Assembly (NCBI GenBank): GCA_050916045.1
Contig: CP051526.1
Coordinates: forward strand, 384,001 to 448,000
DNA length: 64,000 bases
Direction: 5' to 3'
Source: Tepidisphaera sp.
GTDB taxonomy: Bacteria; Planctomycetota; Phycisphaerae; Phycisphaerales; UBA1924
Numbering within the stretch: the first letter of the stretch is position 1; each line of letters begins with the position of its first letter. Below are positions 37,428 through 47,678 of this stretch, one piece after another. A program made the position numbers and the translations under genes. Below the pieces are notes generated by a model that searched no databases, was not told where the DNA came from, and worked only from the letters and a program-made list of their open reading frames with translations.

Positions 37428-38645
37428 TCAGCGACGCAGGGCCAGCGCCAGGCGGATGCTCCGGTCGATCGCGCCCACCATGTTGTCCAGCGTCACCTTG
37501 TCGCGCATCAGCACCATCGCCCGGTCGCACACGCGGGTGACGGCCGCTCCGCCCGCGAGGATGTCGCGGACGCCCGCGACCATCGCGTTCAGGTTTCCCC
37601 GCTCGTAGCGCCAGCCGGTCTGTTCGCCCGGCTTCTCGCTTCCGACGAGGATTTCGCTGTCGGCGCCGATCTCGTTGGCGATGATCGTCGGCTTGCCGAA
37701 AGCCAGGCTCTGATTGATCGCAAGCCCGACCGCGCCCGGATAAATGCTCACATCGCACGTCGCGATCCACGCGTAATCATCCCCCTCGGGAACGCGGCCG
37801 GTCACCAGGATCCGCTCCTTGTCCACCGCCGCCGCTTTCGTCCGGATCTCCTCCAGAAGCGGCCCCCCGCTGATCAGCACGAGCACCAGGCCGGGGTCCA
37901 GCGCCGCGAGCTTGGGCCACGCGTCAAGCAAGTCCTGGTGCCGCTTGTCCGCGTCCATCCTCCCGATGCACAGCAAGATCTTCTTGCCGACAAGCCCGCG
38001 CTCCGCACGGATCGCCATCCCGCGAGCCCGCAGCGCATCGCCGTCGGTGAAGATCCGCCGCGTGTCGATCGTGTTGTTCGCGATGATCGCGCGGTCCGCC
38101 GGATACCCGAGCGCGACAAGCTCATCCTTGCTCGACTCGCCGTAACAGATCATCCGGTCGAACTTGTTGTAGAACTTGCGCTTGATCAGCGAAAGCAACC
38201 CAGCCGCTTTCGAATAGCTGTGCACCTTCGACCAGCCGATCACCGGCGTCCCCGACCGCTTGCACGCCGCGAGAAGCTGCCAGCACGAGAGGTTGCGGAG
38301 GTTGGCTTCGAGGATGAGCACGTCCGGCTTCTGCGAAAGCACCATCCCCATCGCGACGGGCCAGCTGAAGTACGACACACCGAGCCTGCGGCTGAGCTTG
38401 CGGTTCATCTCGTGGTAGAACGGCCGCCCCGCGCCGCCGATCGCCCCGCCGTTGCTCATCTCGCCAAAGACCTCGATCGCGTACCGACGGTTCCCCGGCC
38501 CGCCCGCCGCCGGCTCGCCAAGCCCGCGCTCCCGCACGCCGTCAAAGACCGGCGTCCGATACTGATGGATGTGCGATTGCAGGATCCACACCTTGGCCGG
38601 CGCGGAAGGAGCGATGGTCGGAATTGTCGCGTCAAGCGGGGTCAT
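37428..38645 (-). CDS. Glycosyltransferase family 4
   Basis: ANNTID, LCIGRMDADKRHQDL, YPGAVGLAINQSLAFGKP. Confidence 0.87.
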   Translation of the reverse strand: MTPLDATIPTIAPSAPAKVWILQSHIHQYRTPVFDGVRERGLGEPAAGGPGNRRYAIEVFGEMSNGGAIGGAGRPFYHEMNRKLSRRLGVSYFSWPVAMGMVLSQKPDVLILEANLRNLSCWQLLAACKRSGTPVIGWSKVHSYSKAAGLLSLIKRKFYNKFDRMICYGESSKDELVALGYPADRAIIANNTIDTRRIFTDGDALRARGMAIRAERGLVGKKILLCIGRMDADKRHQDLLDAWPKLAALDPGLVLVLISGGPLLEEIRTKAAAVDKERILVTGRVPEGDDYAWIATCDVSIYPGAVGLAINQSLAFGKPTIIANEIGADSEILVGSEKPGEQTGWRYERGNLNAMVAGVRDILAGGAAVTRVCDRAMVLMRDKVTLDNMVGAIDRSIRLALALRR

Positions 38646-38786
38646 GCGTGCGGGACGGTAGGGAAAGAGCGGTGGGGCGGCTCACGGATGAGCCAGGCGT
38701 GGATATCGGCCGAATCGGCGCGACACTTGGAAATGGGCGTTGTGTCGCGGCTTAGATCAGATATGCTGGACCCGCCGGAGGGCCCC

Positions 38787-41270
38787 ATGCAACGAACCGC
38801 CGCCATCCTCTTCGCAGCCGGGTGCAGCGGGCTTTCATGGGCTCAGCCGCTTCCTTGCGAGGGCTGGGTCCCCCTTCCAGGGCAGGGCAACCCGTACATC
38901 TCCGGGCCGTCGGTGGTCGCATACGCCGCCGTCGGCTTTGACGCTGACGGGCCGGGACCGCTCCCCGACGATCTGATCGTCGCCGGCGAGAATCTGCGAA
39001 TGGATGGAGCCGCGAGCGGCAACGTCTATCGATGGGATGGGTCCCGCTGGCACACGATGGATGTGGGATTCGACCCGGGCGTCTACGCGCTCGCGGTGTA
39101 CCGGGGCCATCTCTACGCGGGCGGGCCCTTTGCGGCTTCGGGTGGACGGCAGACGGTCGCGCTGGCCCGCTGGACTGGTGACCGCTGGGAGCCCGTCCAA
39201 GGACCGGGCGGCGGGGTCTTCTCCCGCGCTTCCGGCGGTCCGCCGCAGGTGCGAGCCATGATTGTCCACGACGACAAACTCGTCGTGGTCGGCGGGTTCA
39301 CGGGCATCGGAACTCTGGCGGCGGGGAATATCGCCGCGTGGGACGGGACGGAGTTTTCGACGTTCGGCTTGGGGCTCGATGGTTACGTTCGAGCCGTCGC
39401 GGAACACGCGGGCGACCTGGTGGTCGCGGGCGACTTCCGGAACGCTGGGGGTCAGCGCGCAACCCGTCTCGCACGCTGGAACGGTGCGGCCTGGAGCTTT
39501 GTCGGCAACTCCGCGACGGATGAAGGCGTCGATGGCATCGCGAGAGCCGTCCTTTCGCACGAGGGGGAGCTTTTCATCGGAGGCGACTTCCGGACCGCCG
39601 GCCGAAGCACCGCGTCGCGGAGCATCGTCGCGTGGGGGCCCGGCGGCTGGCGGTCTTTCGGCAGCGACACGGACAACAGCGTTCGAAGCCTGCACGCTTC
39701 GAGATTTGGCCTCGTCGCCGCGGGGAACTTCACCCGGCTCGCGGGGCGCCCCGCCCGCGGCCTTTCGTTCTGGGATGGCGCATCGTGGAGTTCCCGGTAC
39801 GGAGAGCTGACGCCCTTCCCGGAACGTACGCCGCAGCCGTTCGTCATGACCGCAACAACGTGGAACGAAAGTCTCATCATCGGAGGTTCATTCACGTACG
39901 CGGGCGATGTGTGCGCCTCCTCGCTCGCGGGTCTTTCCGACACGGGCTGGCGTGGGTTCGCCGAGGGTCTCGGGGGAGGTCGGGTGCAGTTCACCGCCTT
40001 CTACCAAGGCCAGGTCTACGCGGCGGGAGCGTTCTGGAGCGCCGGCGCGGAGGTCCTGAATGGTCTTGCGCGGTGGGACGGTCGGAAATGGCGAGCCGTC
40101 CCCGGCTGGGGAAGGACGCGAAACCCGCAAGCCATGTTCGTGGCCGATGGCAAGCTCTGGCTCAGCGGCGTGATCAATCCCGCCGGTGCGATGGACGTGA
40201 CCGTGCCCGCGGCGATGTTCGACGGTGAGCGATGGCGGTGGGCATACGGCGGGCCGGTCGGCACGCCAAGCAACCTCGGCGCGTCGTTCTTCGACGGTGA
40301 ACTCGTGCTCTCCCTCCTGGGACAGGCGGGTGGAAACGCTCACTTCTGGAACGGCGAAACCTGGTCTGGTCCTTTGGCCCTGCCCGGAACGAGCGGCCAC
40401 GCCTTTCAACAGGGCGGCAAGCTCCTCGCCTTGGCACGCGAGGGTGACTTCTTCGGTCTTTACGAACGGTCGGGCGGTGGGTGGATCCGACTCGGCGACT
40501 CCGGCATGAGCTTCATTCACGCTTCCGTCGGCTTCCAGGATCGTCGGTACGTCAGCGGCGGCGGTCTGGATGTCTGCTCCATCTGGGATGGATCGCGCTG
40601 GGCTCTTGCCGGCCTGGATTTCATGACGTCCGCCGACACGATCCGGCCCGCCGGAGACGCGATGTACATCGCGGCTTCAAGCCAGTTCGGTGGCTCGGCG
40701 ATCTATGAGCACCGGGATGGAGCTATCGCCCGAACCATTCCGTGGTCAGACTTCGTGTCGTTCGAACGTCTCGGCGGCGAGTTCTTCGGCAAGCTCATGA
40801 TCAGCGGCTTTGCGCCCTATGAGGGAACCTCCGACGGCACGGCGGTCTACGCATCGGGCCCGCCGGTCATCATCGGCCAGCCGATCGCGCCCGATCCCTG
40901 CCCGCGCATTCCCCTCAAGCTCGATGCTGTGGCGCTCGGCGTTGGCGTGTCGTACCAGTGGCGTCGCAACGGCGTCCCGATCGACGGCGCGACGGCGAGC
41001 GTGTACGAAGACGCTTTCCCAGGCGACTCGAGGCCCGGCGACTACGACTGTGTTGTCTCCAACCCCTGCGGCGAGACCATTTCCGCAAGCGTGCGCTACG
41101 CCCCGTGCTTCGCCGACCACGACTGCAACGGCTTTATCGATTTCTTCGACTACGCGGATTTCGTCGCCGACTTTGAAATCGGCTCGCCACGAGCCGACGT
41201 CAACCGCGACGGCTTCATCGATTTCGCCGACTATGACACGTTTGTGAACGCATTCGAGAACGGTTGCTGA
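38787..41270 (+). CDS. Secreted beta-propeller repeat protein + Ig-like domain + Gly-Cys dockerin tail (paralog 1)
   Basis: Repeated V(Y/R)A(L/M)...L(Y/V)(A/V)GGxF...ARW(D/N)GxxW units; YQWRRNGVPIDGAT...YDCVVSNPCG; tail ...AFENGC. Confidence 0.87.
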   Translation: MQRTAAILFAAGCSGLSWAQPLPCEGWVPLPGQGNPYISGPSVVAYAAVGFDADGPGPLPDDLIVAGENLRMDGAASGNVYRWDGSRWHTMDVGFDPGVYALAVYRGHLYAGGPFAASGGRQTVALARWTGDRWEPVQGPGGGVFSRASGGPPQVRAMIVHDDKLVVVGGFTGIGTLAAGNIAAWDGTEFSTFGLGLDGYVRAVAEHAGDLVVAGDFRNAGGQRATRLARWNGAAWSFVGNSATDEGVDGIARAVLSHEGELFIGGDFRTAGRSTASRSIVAWGPGGWRSFGSDTDNSVRSLHASRFGLVAAGNFTRLAGRPARGLSFWDGASWSSRYGELTPFPERTPQPFVMTATTWNESLIIGGSFTYAGDVCASSLAGLSDTGWRGFAEGLGGGRVQFTAFYQGQVYAAGAFWSAGAEVLNGLARWDGRKWRAVPGWGRTRNPQAMFVADGKLWLSGVINPAGAMDVTVPAAMFDGERWRWAYGGPVGTPSNLGASFFDGELVLSLLGQAGGNAHFWNGETWSGPLALPGTSGHAFQQGGKLLALAREGDFFGLYERSGGGWIRLGDSGMSFIHASVGFQDRRYVSGGGLDVCSIWDGSRWALAGLDFMTSADTIRPAGDAMYIAASSQFGGSAIYEHRDGAIARTIPWSDFVSFERLGGEFFGKLMISGFAPYEGTSDGTAVYASGPPVIIGQPIAPDPCPRIPLKLDAVALGVGVSYQWRRNGVPIDGATASVYEDAFPGDSRPGDYDCVVSNPCGETISASVRYAPCFADHDCNGFIDFFDYADFVADFEIGSPRADVNRDGFIDFADYDTFVNAFENGC

Positions 41271-41432
41271 ACAGCAAGCACAAATATGTGCCACGGTGAT
41301 CCGGAGGAGCCGGCTCATCGTGGCCCCGGGCAATACATATCCCTCCCGACGCAGGTCCAGCCCCCGCAGCCCGCCAGAAATCACACTTGTGCCGGAACAA
41401 AAGCGGGTATACTGCCTCCGACTGGAGGCGCC

Positions 41433-43988
41433 ATGTTCCGTACCAACTTTCTTGCATTGCTGCCCCTTCTGCTCGCGATGAGCTTCGCCCCGGCGATGGC
41501 CGCCGCCCAAACCCTTCCCTGCGAGGGCTGGGCCACGATCCCCGGGCAGACGAATCCATACCACGAAGGGCACGGGTATGCCGCGGCCTTCTACGACTTC
41601 GACGGCGACGGCCCCGAGCCCGAACAACTCGTGATCGGTGGGGCGAGCCTCAATATGCTCGGCGCTGGGGCTGGCAACATCTATCGCTGGGACGGGCAGC
41701 GTTGGCACGTGATCGGCGGCGGCTTTGACAAGGCCGTCTACGCCCTCAAGGTCTACAACGGCGTTCTGTATGCTGCGGGCGAGTTTGCCGTCGCCGGGAT
41801 TCAGGACATGCACCTGATCGCGCAGTGGCGCAATGGCGTGTGGGCCCCCGTTGCAGCCGATGATGGAACAATGATTCGGCAGTCAAACTCCATCGAGTAT
41901 GTTCGCGCCCTTGAGATCTACGATGGCAAGTTGGTCATCGGGGGCCGATTCACCCTCTCCGGAGTCTCCCCCAACCCCAATATCGTGACGTGGGATGGTT
42001 CCACGTTCGGAGCTCTTGGAACGGGCGTCGATGGCTATGTACGTGCCATGACAACGCACCGCGAGGAACTTGTTGTAGGCGGCGATTTCTCGTCGGTTGC
42101 CGGGAGATCCGCGAGGAACCTGGCGCGTTGGAACGGGTCGGCGTGGGCTCCTGTTGGCCCCTCGGCGATTAATCAAGGGACGAGCTACACGGTTCGAGCC
42201 CTTGCTTCCTACGACGGGGCCCTTTACATCGGAGGGGATTTCACTTCTGTCGGGACGGGCCAAGGATCGTTGCCCGCTCGATACCTTGCCGGTCTTGATG
42301 ACACGGGCTGGTTTCAGCCTGCTGGCGGCGTGGACCGCGGTATCGTCCGCGCGCTCCTCCCGACGAATCGCGGGCTCGTCGTTGCCGGACAATTCAAGAT
42401 GGTCGGTTCCATGCAGCATCGCGGACTTGCCACGCTCCGCAACGGCGCGTGGTCACGAGAACTGGGCGACGTGCCGCAATGGGATACCGATGTCAACACG
42501 CCGTCCATCGCGGCGATGATCCAGCACGAGGGGTCCATCGTCTTTACCGGGTACTTTCTCGCCGCCGGTGGCGCGGGAGGGGCTGTGGTGACCATGAAAT
42601 CACCCGATCGGTGGGTGTCCTTCGCAGGGAACGGCCTGGCCGGTATCGCCAATAACTCCTCGTACAACTCTCCGGACATCGAGAGTGTCTTTGCGACCGC
42701 GTTGTACCGGGGCGAGTATTACATCGGTGGGACCTTTCGCAGCAACGGCGGAGACATCCTCGGCGGCCTCGCCAAGTGGAACGGTCGTACGTGGGTTCCG
42801 GTCACGGGGTGGGAAGGCACGAGCCGTGTCTACTCGCTTCGGGTCGGCGACGATAAGTTGTGGGTTTCCGGCCGTCTCAAGCCCCCCTTCTCCGTTGATC
42901 AGCCCGGTGAAGTTCTTGCGGCTGTCTTTGACGGCACGACATGGAGGTGGGCACCTTCTCAAACCGAGATCTACGGGACCCGTGACGCCTCCTTTTGGAA
43001 CCACCGCATCGTGATGGCAGGCTCAGACAGGCTGCACACGTGGAACGGAGAGTCCTGGGAGCAACTCCCTCCAGCGAGTCCTCCTGGTCAGGGCGGGTTC
43101 GGGATCGTCGCGAGTTTCAACGGCGATCTCTATTCGAGCCGAGACTCTGCAAGTGGCCTTGTGCTCCTTCGATATGACCAAGGACAGTGGACTGAATTTC
43201 CTGATATCTACGTGAACCCTTTCGTCAACACCGTCATTCATGAAAATCGGCTCGCGATTCACGGCAACTCCGATCTGGTGCTCTGGGATGGCACCAGCGT
43301 TCAGAGTCGCTACGGGGCTGGATACATCAACTCACTCATGTCTGCAGGAGGAAGCCTGTACTTCCGCGTCTCGGACACAGGTCACCGTCCTCCGTGGCCG
43401 GACGTTCTGGTTCGGTTCCTTCCCGAAGGACGGTTTGTCAGTATCCCTCGCTTCAACCCCGGAGGCGACGAGGGTCGTCCTGTGGGCGAGTTCTTCGGCC
43501 ACTTGTTCGCCTCCCACAGACTCTGGAACCCCCCTCGACCCGACGCCGACGGCACCGCCCTCTTCGTCCAGGGCCGGCCCACCATCATCGGCCAACCCGT
43601 CGCGACCGCCGCCTGCCCGCATCAGCCTTTCCGACTTGACATCGTCGCCGTCGGCATGGGCATGACCTATCAATGGCGACGCGACGGCGTGCCCATCGAG
43701 TTCGCCACCGAAAGCGTCTATGAGGATGTCTTCCCCGGCGACTCGCAACCGGGCCTTTACGACTGCATCATCACCAACCCCTGCGGCGAGGTCGTCTCCG
43801 AAGCGGTCCGCTACGCCCCGTGCGTCGCCGACCACGATTGCAACGGCTTCATCGATTTCTTCGACTACGCGGACTTCGTCGCCGACTTCGAGACCGGCTC
43901 GCCACGAGCCGACGTCAACCGCGATGGCTTCCTTGACGCGTTCGACTACAGCGAATTCATCGAAGCCTTCGAAGCCGGATGCGACTGA
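41433..43988 (+). CDS. Secreted beta-propeller repeat protein + Ig-like domain + dockerin tail ending GCD (paralog 2)
   Basis: Same architecture as 38787-41270; ATG after GGAGG; tail ...AFEAGCD. Confidence 0.87.
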   Translation: MFRTNFLALLPLLLAMSFAPAMAAAQTLPCEGWATIPGQTNPYHEGHGYAAAFYDFDGDGPEPEQLVIGGASLNMLGAGAGNIYRWDGQRWHVIGGGFDKAVYALKVYNGVLYAAGEFAVAGIQDMHLIAQWRNGVWAPVAADDGTMIRQSNSIEYVRALEIYDGKLVIGGRFTLSGVSPNPNIVTWDGSTFGALGTGVDGYVRAMTTHREELVVGGDFSSVAGRSARNLARWNGSAWAPVGPSAINQGTSYTVRALASYDGALYIGGDFTSVGTGQGSLPARYLAGLDDTGWFQPAGGVDRGIVRALLPTNRGLVVAGQFKMVGSMQHRGLATLRNGAWSRELGDVPQWDTDVNTPSIAAMIQHEGSIVFTGYFLAAGGAGGAVVTMKSPDRWVSFAGNGLAGIANNSSYNSPDIESVFATALYRGEYYIGGTFRSNGGDILGGLAKWNGRTWVPVTGWEGTSRVYSLRVGDDKLWVSGRLKPPFSVDQPGEVLAAVFDGTTWRWAPSQTEIYGTRDASFWNHRIVMAGSDRLHTWNGESWEQLPPASPPGQGGFGIVASFNGDLYSSRDSASGLVLLRYDQGQWTEFPDIYVNPFVNTVIHENRLAIHGNSDLVLWDGTSVQSRYGAGYINSLMSAGGSLYFRVSDTGHRPPWPDVLVRFLPEGRFVSIPRFNPGGDEGRPVGEFFGHLFASHRLWNPPRPDADGTALFVQGRPTIIGQPVATAACPHQPFRLDIVAVGMGMTYQWRRDGVPIEFATESVYEDVFPGDSQPGLYDCIITNPCGEVVSEAVRYAPCVADHDCNGFIDFFDYADFVADFETGSPRADVNRDGFLDAFDYSEFIEAFEAGCD

Positions 43989-44105
43989 GTGAACCGCTTC
44001 GCGAGCCCTCGGGCCCGCCCCCCGATTCGCAACGATCGTCCGCCATAACCTCCCATCTTTCCGGTCCGGCTCAATCCCGGTCCGGAAATCGCCGAGGGAG
44101 TCCTT

Positions 44106-44789
44106 ATGGTCCGCCGCACGCTCCGATGGCTCAAACGTCTCGTCAAGCCCGTCCACGTCGTGGGCAAGCCGTCCCACACCTGCCCCACGCTCCGCATCGG
44201 CACCGATTACGGCGGCTGGGTCTTCAACCACACCCTCGTCAAGAAGGAAAGCATCGTCTATTCCTTCGGCATCGGCGAGGATGCCTCGTGGGACCTGGGC
44301 ATGATCAAACGCTTCGGCGTCACCATCCACGGGTTTGACCCCACCCCCAAGTCCATCCGCTGGGTGAAAGCCCAGAACATGCCCGCCGAGTTCGTCATGC
44401 ACGACTTCGGCCTGGCTTCCAAGGACGGCGAGCTTGTCTTCCACGCTCCGATCAACCCCAACCACGTCTCCCTCTCCGTCGTCGAACGCGAGACGCAGAC
44501 CGAGCGGATCGTCCTCCCCGTCCGCGAGCTCGCCGGCATCATGAAAGAGCTCGGCCACGACCACATCGACATCCTCAAGATGGATATCGAGGGCTCCGAG
44601 TACGAGGTGATCGAGGACCTGCTCGCCAAGAAGATCCCCATCAAGCAGATCCTCGTCGAGTATCACCACCGCTTCCCCGGCATCGGCGACGCCAAGACGC
44701 AAGCGTCGATCGATCTGCTCGAGCGCCACGGGTACAAGCTCTTCAACATCGCGCCCAGCGCTGAGGAATACTCGTTCATCAAGGTGTGA
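44106..44789 (+). CDS. FkbM / Methyltransf_21-22 family methyltransferase
   Basis: YGGW, VYSFGIGEDASWD, HGFDPTP, IDILKMDIEGSEY, QILVEYHH. Confidence 0.88.
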   Translation: MVRRTLRWLKRLVKPVHVVGKPSHTCPTLRIGTDYGGWVFNHTLVKKESIVYSFGIGEDASWDLGMIKRFGVTIHGFDPTPKSIRWVKAQNMPAEFVMHDFGLASKDGELVFHAPINPNHVSLSVVERETQTERIVLPVRELAGIMKELGHDHIDILKMDIEGSEYEVIEDLLAKKIPIKQILVEYHHRFPGIGDAKTQASIDLLERHGYKLFNIAPSAEEYSFIKV

Positions 44790-44828
44790 ACGAGCGTCCG
44801 TCCTCAAGCATCCCGGCCCAAGCCGCGA

Positions 44829-45812
44829 TCACGAGTTGGCGCGGTACCACTCGATCGTCCGCTTGAGGCCTTCCTCGAACCCGACCTGAGCTTTCCAGCC
44901 CAGCAGCTTCTCGCCGCGCTCGGTGGACAAGCAGCGCCTCGGCTGGCCGTCGGGCTTGGTCGCGTCCCAGGTGATCGCGCCTGTGAAGCCCGTCAGCTTC
45001 ACGATGAGCTCGACGAGGTTCTTGATCGTGATCTCAAACCCGGCTCCGAGGTTGATCGGCGTCGGGTCGTCCATCGTCTCCGAAGCCCGCACGATCCCCT
45101 CCGCCGCGTCCTCCACATACAGGAACTCGCGGCTGGCCGAGCCCGTGCCCCAGCAGACGATCTCCTTGTCGCCGCGCCGCTGCGCTTCGACGCACTTGCG
45201 GATCAGCGCCGGGATGACGTGCGAGGAGTGCAGGTCGAAGTTGTCGAACGGGCCGTACAGGTTCACCGGCAGGACGTACGCCCCGCGGAACCCGTACTGA
45301 AGTTTGTACGCGTCGAGCATCTGCCAGGCGGCTTTCTTCGCCACGCCGTACGGCGCGTTCGTCTCTTCGGGGTACCCGTTCCAAAGCTCTTCCTCGCGGA
45401 ACGGAACGGGGGTGAACTTCGGGTAGGCGCAGATCGTACCGACCTGGACGAACGTCCCGCCGCGCTCGTGCAAGCCGTCCTGCCGGGCCTGCTCGATCAA
45501 ATGCAGAGCCATCGCCATATTCGCGTAGAAGTACCTGCCCGGGTTGGCGCGGTTGGCCCCGATGCCCCCGACCTCGGCCGCGAGGTGGATGATCACATCT
45601 GCTTTCTGATTCCCGAAAGCGGTGCGGACCAGTCGGGCGACGTCCGAGTCGGACGTCAGGTCGAACTGCGCCCGCCGGGGAATGAAGAGATTTTCATCTT
45701 TCACGCCGCGTTCACGGAGCTTTTGGCAGACAAACCGTCCGAGGAACCCGGCACCGCCGGTCACGATGACTCGCTTATTGGACCACGATGCGGGGCTGGC
45801 TTTCGTCGACAT
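44829..45812 (-). CDS. fcl: GDP-L-fucose synthase
   Basis: [65 protein letters not shown]. Confidence 0.92.
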   Translation of the reverse strand: MSTKASPASWSNKRVIVTGGAGFLGRFVCQKLRERGVKDENLFIPRRAQFDLTSDSDVARLVRTAFGNQKADVIIHLAAEVGGIGANRANPGRYFYANMAMALHLIEQARQDGLHERGGTFVQVGTICAYPKFTPVPFREEELWNGYPEETNAPYGVAKKAAWQMLDAYKLQYGFRGAYVLPVNLYGPFDNFDLHSSHVIPALIRKCVEAQRRGDKEIVCWGTGSASREFLYVEDAAEGIVRASETMDDPTPINLGAGFEITIKNLVELIVKLTGFTGAITWDATKPDGQPRRCLSTERGEKLLGWKAQVGFEEGLKRTIEWYRANS

Positions 45813-45953
45813 CGAATCTCCTCGGGAACGGACGAGAAATCAGAGCGGATGCGCGGGCACAGTCTATTCGGCTGGCGTCAGTGGGTCGATTGAACTCTCT
45901 CAGCGCCGATCGACGCGCAAAGCCAACCCAAGGTCCGCTAGTATTCGCCCCCC

Positions 45954-47663
45954 ATGCCCGACTTCGACACCCAGCCAGATGCCGACTCGATGCCGGTGCC
46001 GAAGCCGATGGGGCAGACAGTCAGCGTCGGCGCGATCTGGATGGCGATGGCCACGATCGTCGGCAAGGGCGCGTCCTTCATCGCCCAGATCATGCTCGGG
46101 CTGATCCTCGTCGAAGAGCACTTCGCGCTCTTCGCGTACGCGACCGCCGCGACCAAGCTTCTCTCGATCTGCCAGGACGCGGGCGTCAAAGACCTCATGA
46201 TCCAGGAGGGCCCCGGCAGGTACCGAGCGCTCTCAGGGCCGATCTTCTGGTTCGCGGCCGCGTTCAACTCGAGCGTCGCCCTGTTCATCGCCGCGCTGAC
46301 GCCCGTGGTCGCGTGGTACTACGACGAGCCCAGGCTTCAGCCCATGATGTGGGTCCTGCTCCTGGCCATCCCTTTGGGAACGCCTGCGGCGATCCTGTAC
46401 ACCAAGCTCCGCCTCGACCTGCGTTTCCGTGAGACGAGCTTCATCGTCGCGATCGCGGCCATCCTGCGGCAGTTCGGGCAGGTGGCGCTGGCTCTGGCCG
46501 GAAGCGGAGCCATGAGCTTCGTGTATCCCGCCGTCGCCGCCGCCGTCATTGAGTCAGTGCTGACCTGGTGGGTCACCCGCGATCACCCGTGGTCGCGCCC
46601 GGCCGAGCCGCGGCAGTGGCCCGGCCTGATCGGGAAGACCAAGTACCTCATCCTCGGATCCGTCGCCAACCTGCTCCTTGATCAGGGGCCGTACCTCGTG
46701 CTCCAGCCCTCCCTGCGGCTTCTGGGCGGCATGGCCAAAGGCCAGGCCGACGGCATTCAGGGGAACGTCTTCTGGGCGTTCCAGATGACGGCCCAGGTCG
46801 GCGTGCTTCTTTCGTACAACATGCAGTTGGTCCTCGGGCCGGTTTTCCAGAAGATATCCGAGGACCCCAAGCGGCTGCGGCGGTCGGTTCTCCGTGCGAT
46901 GGCCGCCATGATGATGATCGGGTCGATCACCAGCATCGGCTTTGGCCTGGTCATGGACCCCCTTGAGAAGATGGTCTTTCAGGGCAAGTGGGCCGCGGCG
47001 ACCGCGGCGGTCGCGATCTACGGGTTGTTCTTTCCGTTCCGGATCCTGTACGGCCTGACGGCCGCTCTTCAGCTCGCGACGGGGCAGTCACGGGCGTACT
47101 TCTACAGCACGCTCATCCCCGGTCTGGTCTTCACCTTCGCGGCGGTCGCGGCGGGGCGATGGGTCGACACGCCCGCCGGCGCGGCATGGTGGACCGGGGG
47201 CGCGCTCGCCGCGATCATGATCCTCGTGACGCTCCAGGTCCTTCGCAAGCTCGGCGTTCCGGCGCGCGAAGCCATCGTCGAGATGTGCTGGCCCTGGCTT
47301 CTCGCCGTGCTCGCGGGCGGGGTGGGCTTCCTGCTGGACACGCACCTGCCGATTGAGTCCATGGTGACACGAAAGTGGGAGCTGGGCGAGCTTGTTTCGC
47401 TCCAGATCAACCCCGTCGGGGGCTGGTGGGACAACGTCCCCGCGTGGCTCGCCGCTCGCGATGTTTCCGTCGGCGCTCAAGCCAGGATTCTGGAAGCCAT
47501 CCGGTTCTTCCTCCTGGGCACATCGTGCGCGGTTTCGTTCATCGTGCTTGCCCGGTTCTTCATGCCCGACATCATGCGAGAGTTCCTGAACGCCATGCCC
47601 AAGCGCATCGGCAAGCCCATCCAAAAGCTCATGCTTATCCGCGACGCGGTCGATCCCGTCTGA
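45954..47663 (+). CDS. Wzx-like oligosaccharide flippase
   Basis: Multi-TM; WYYDEPRL...LRLDLRF...; MOP/PST flippase pattern. Confidence 0.83.
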   Translation: MPDFDTQPDADSMPVPKPMGQTVSVGAIWMAMATIVGKGASFIAQIMLGLILVEEHFALFAYATAATKLLSICQDAGVKDLMIQEGPGRYRALSGPIFWFAAAFNSSVALFIAALTPVVAWYYDEPRLQPMMWVLLLAIPLGTPAAILYTKLRLDLRFRETSFIVAIAAILRQFGQVALALAGSGAMSFVYPAVAAAVIESVLTWWVTRDHPWSRPAEPRQWPGLIGKTKYLILGSVANLLLDQGPYLVLQPSLRLLGGMAKGQADGIQGNVFWAFQMTAQVGVLLSYNMQLVLGPVFQKISEDPKRLRRSVLRAMAAMMMIGSITSIGFGLVMDPLEKMVFQGKWAAATAAVAIYGLFFPFRILYGLTAALQLATGQSRAYFYSTLIPGLVFTFAAVAAGRWVDTPAGAAWWTGGALAAIMILVTLQVLRKLGVPAREAIVEMCWPWLLAVLAGGVGFLLDTHLPIESMVTRKWELGELVSLQINPVGGWWDNVPAWLAARDVSVGAQARILEAIRFFLLGTSCAVSFIVLARFFMPDIMREFLNAMPKRIGKPIQKLMLIRDAVDPV

Positions 47664-47678
47664 GCGATACCATGCCCG

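Noticed and set aside
4250..43988. Recurrent GACTTCTTCGACTAC-type DNA repeats as a CRISPR array or DGR template/variable repeats
   Set aside because: All copies are in-frame codons of the DFFDY dockerin motif; no regular spacers, cas genes or reverse transcriptase in the window
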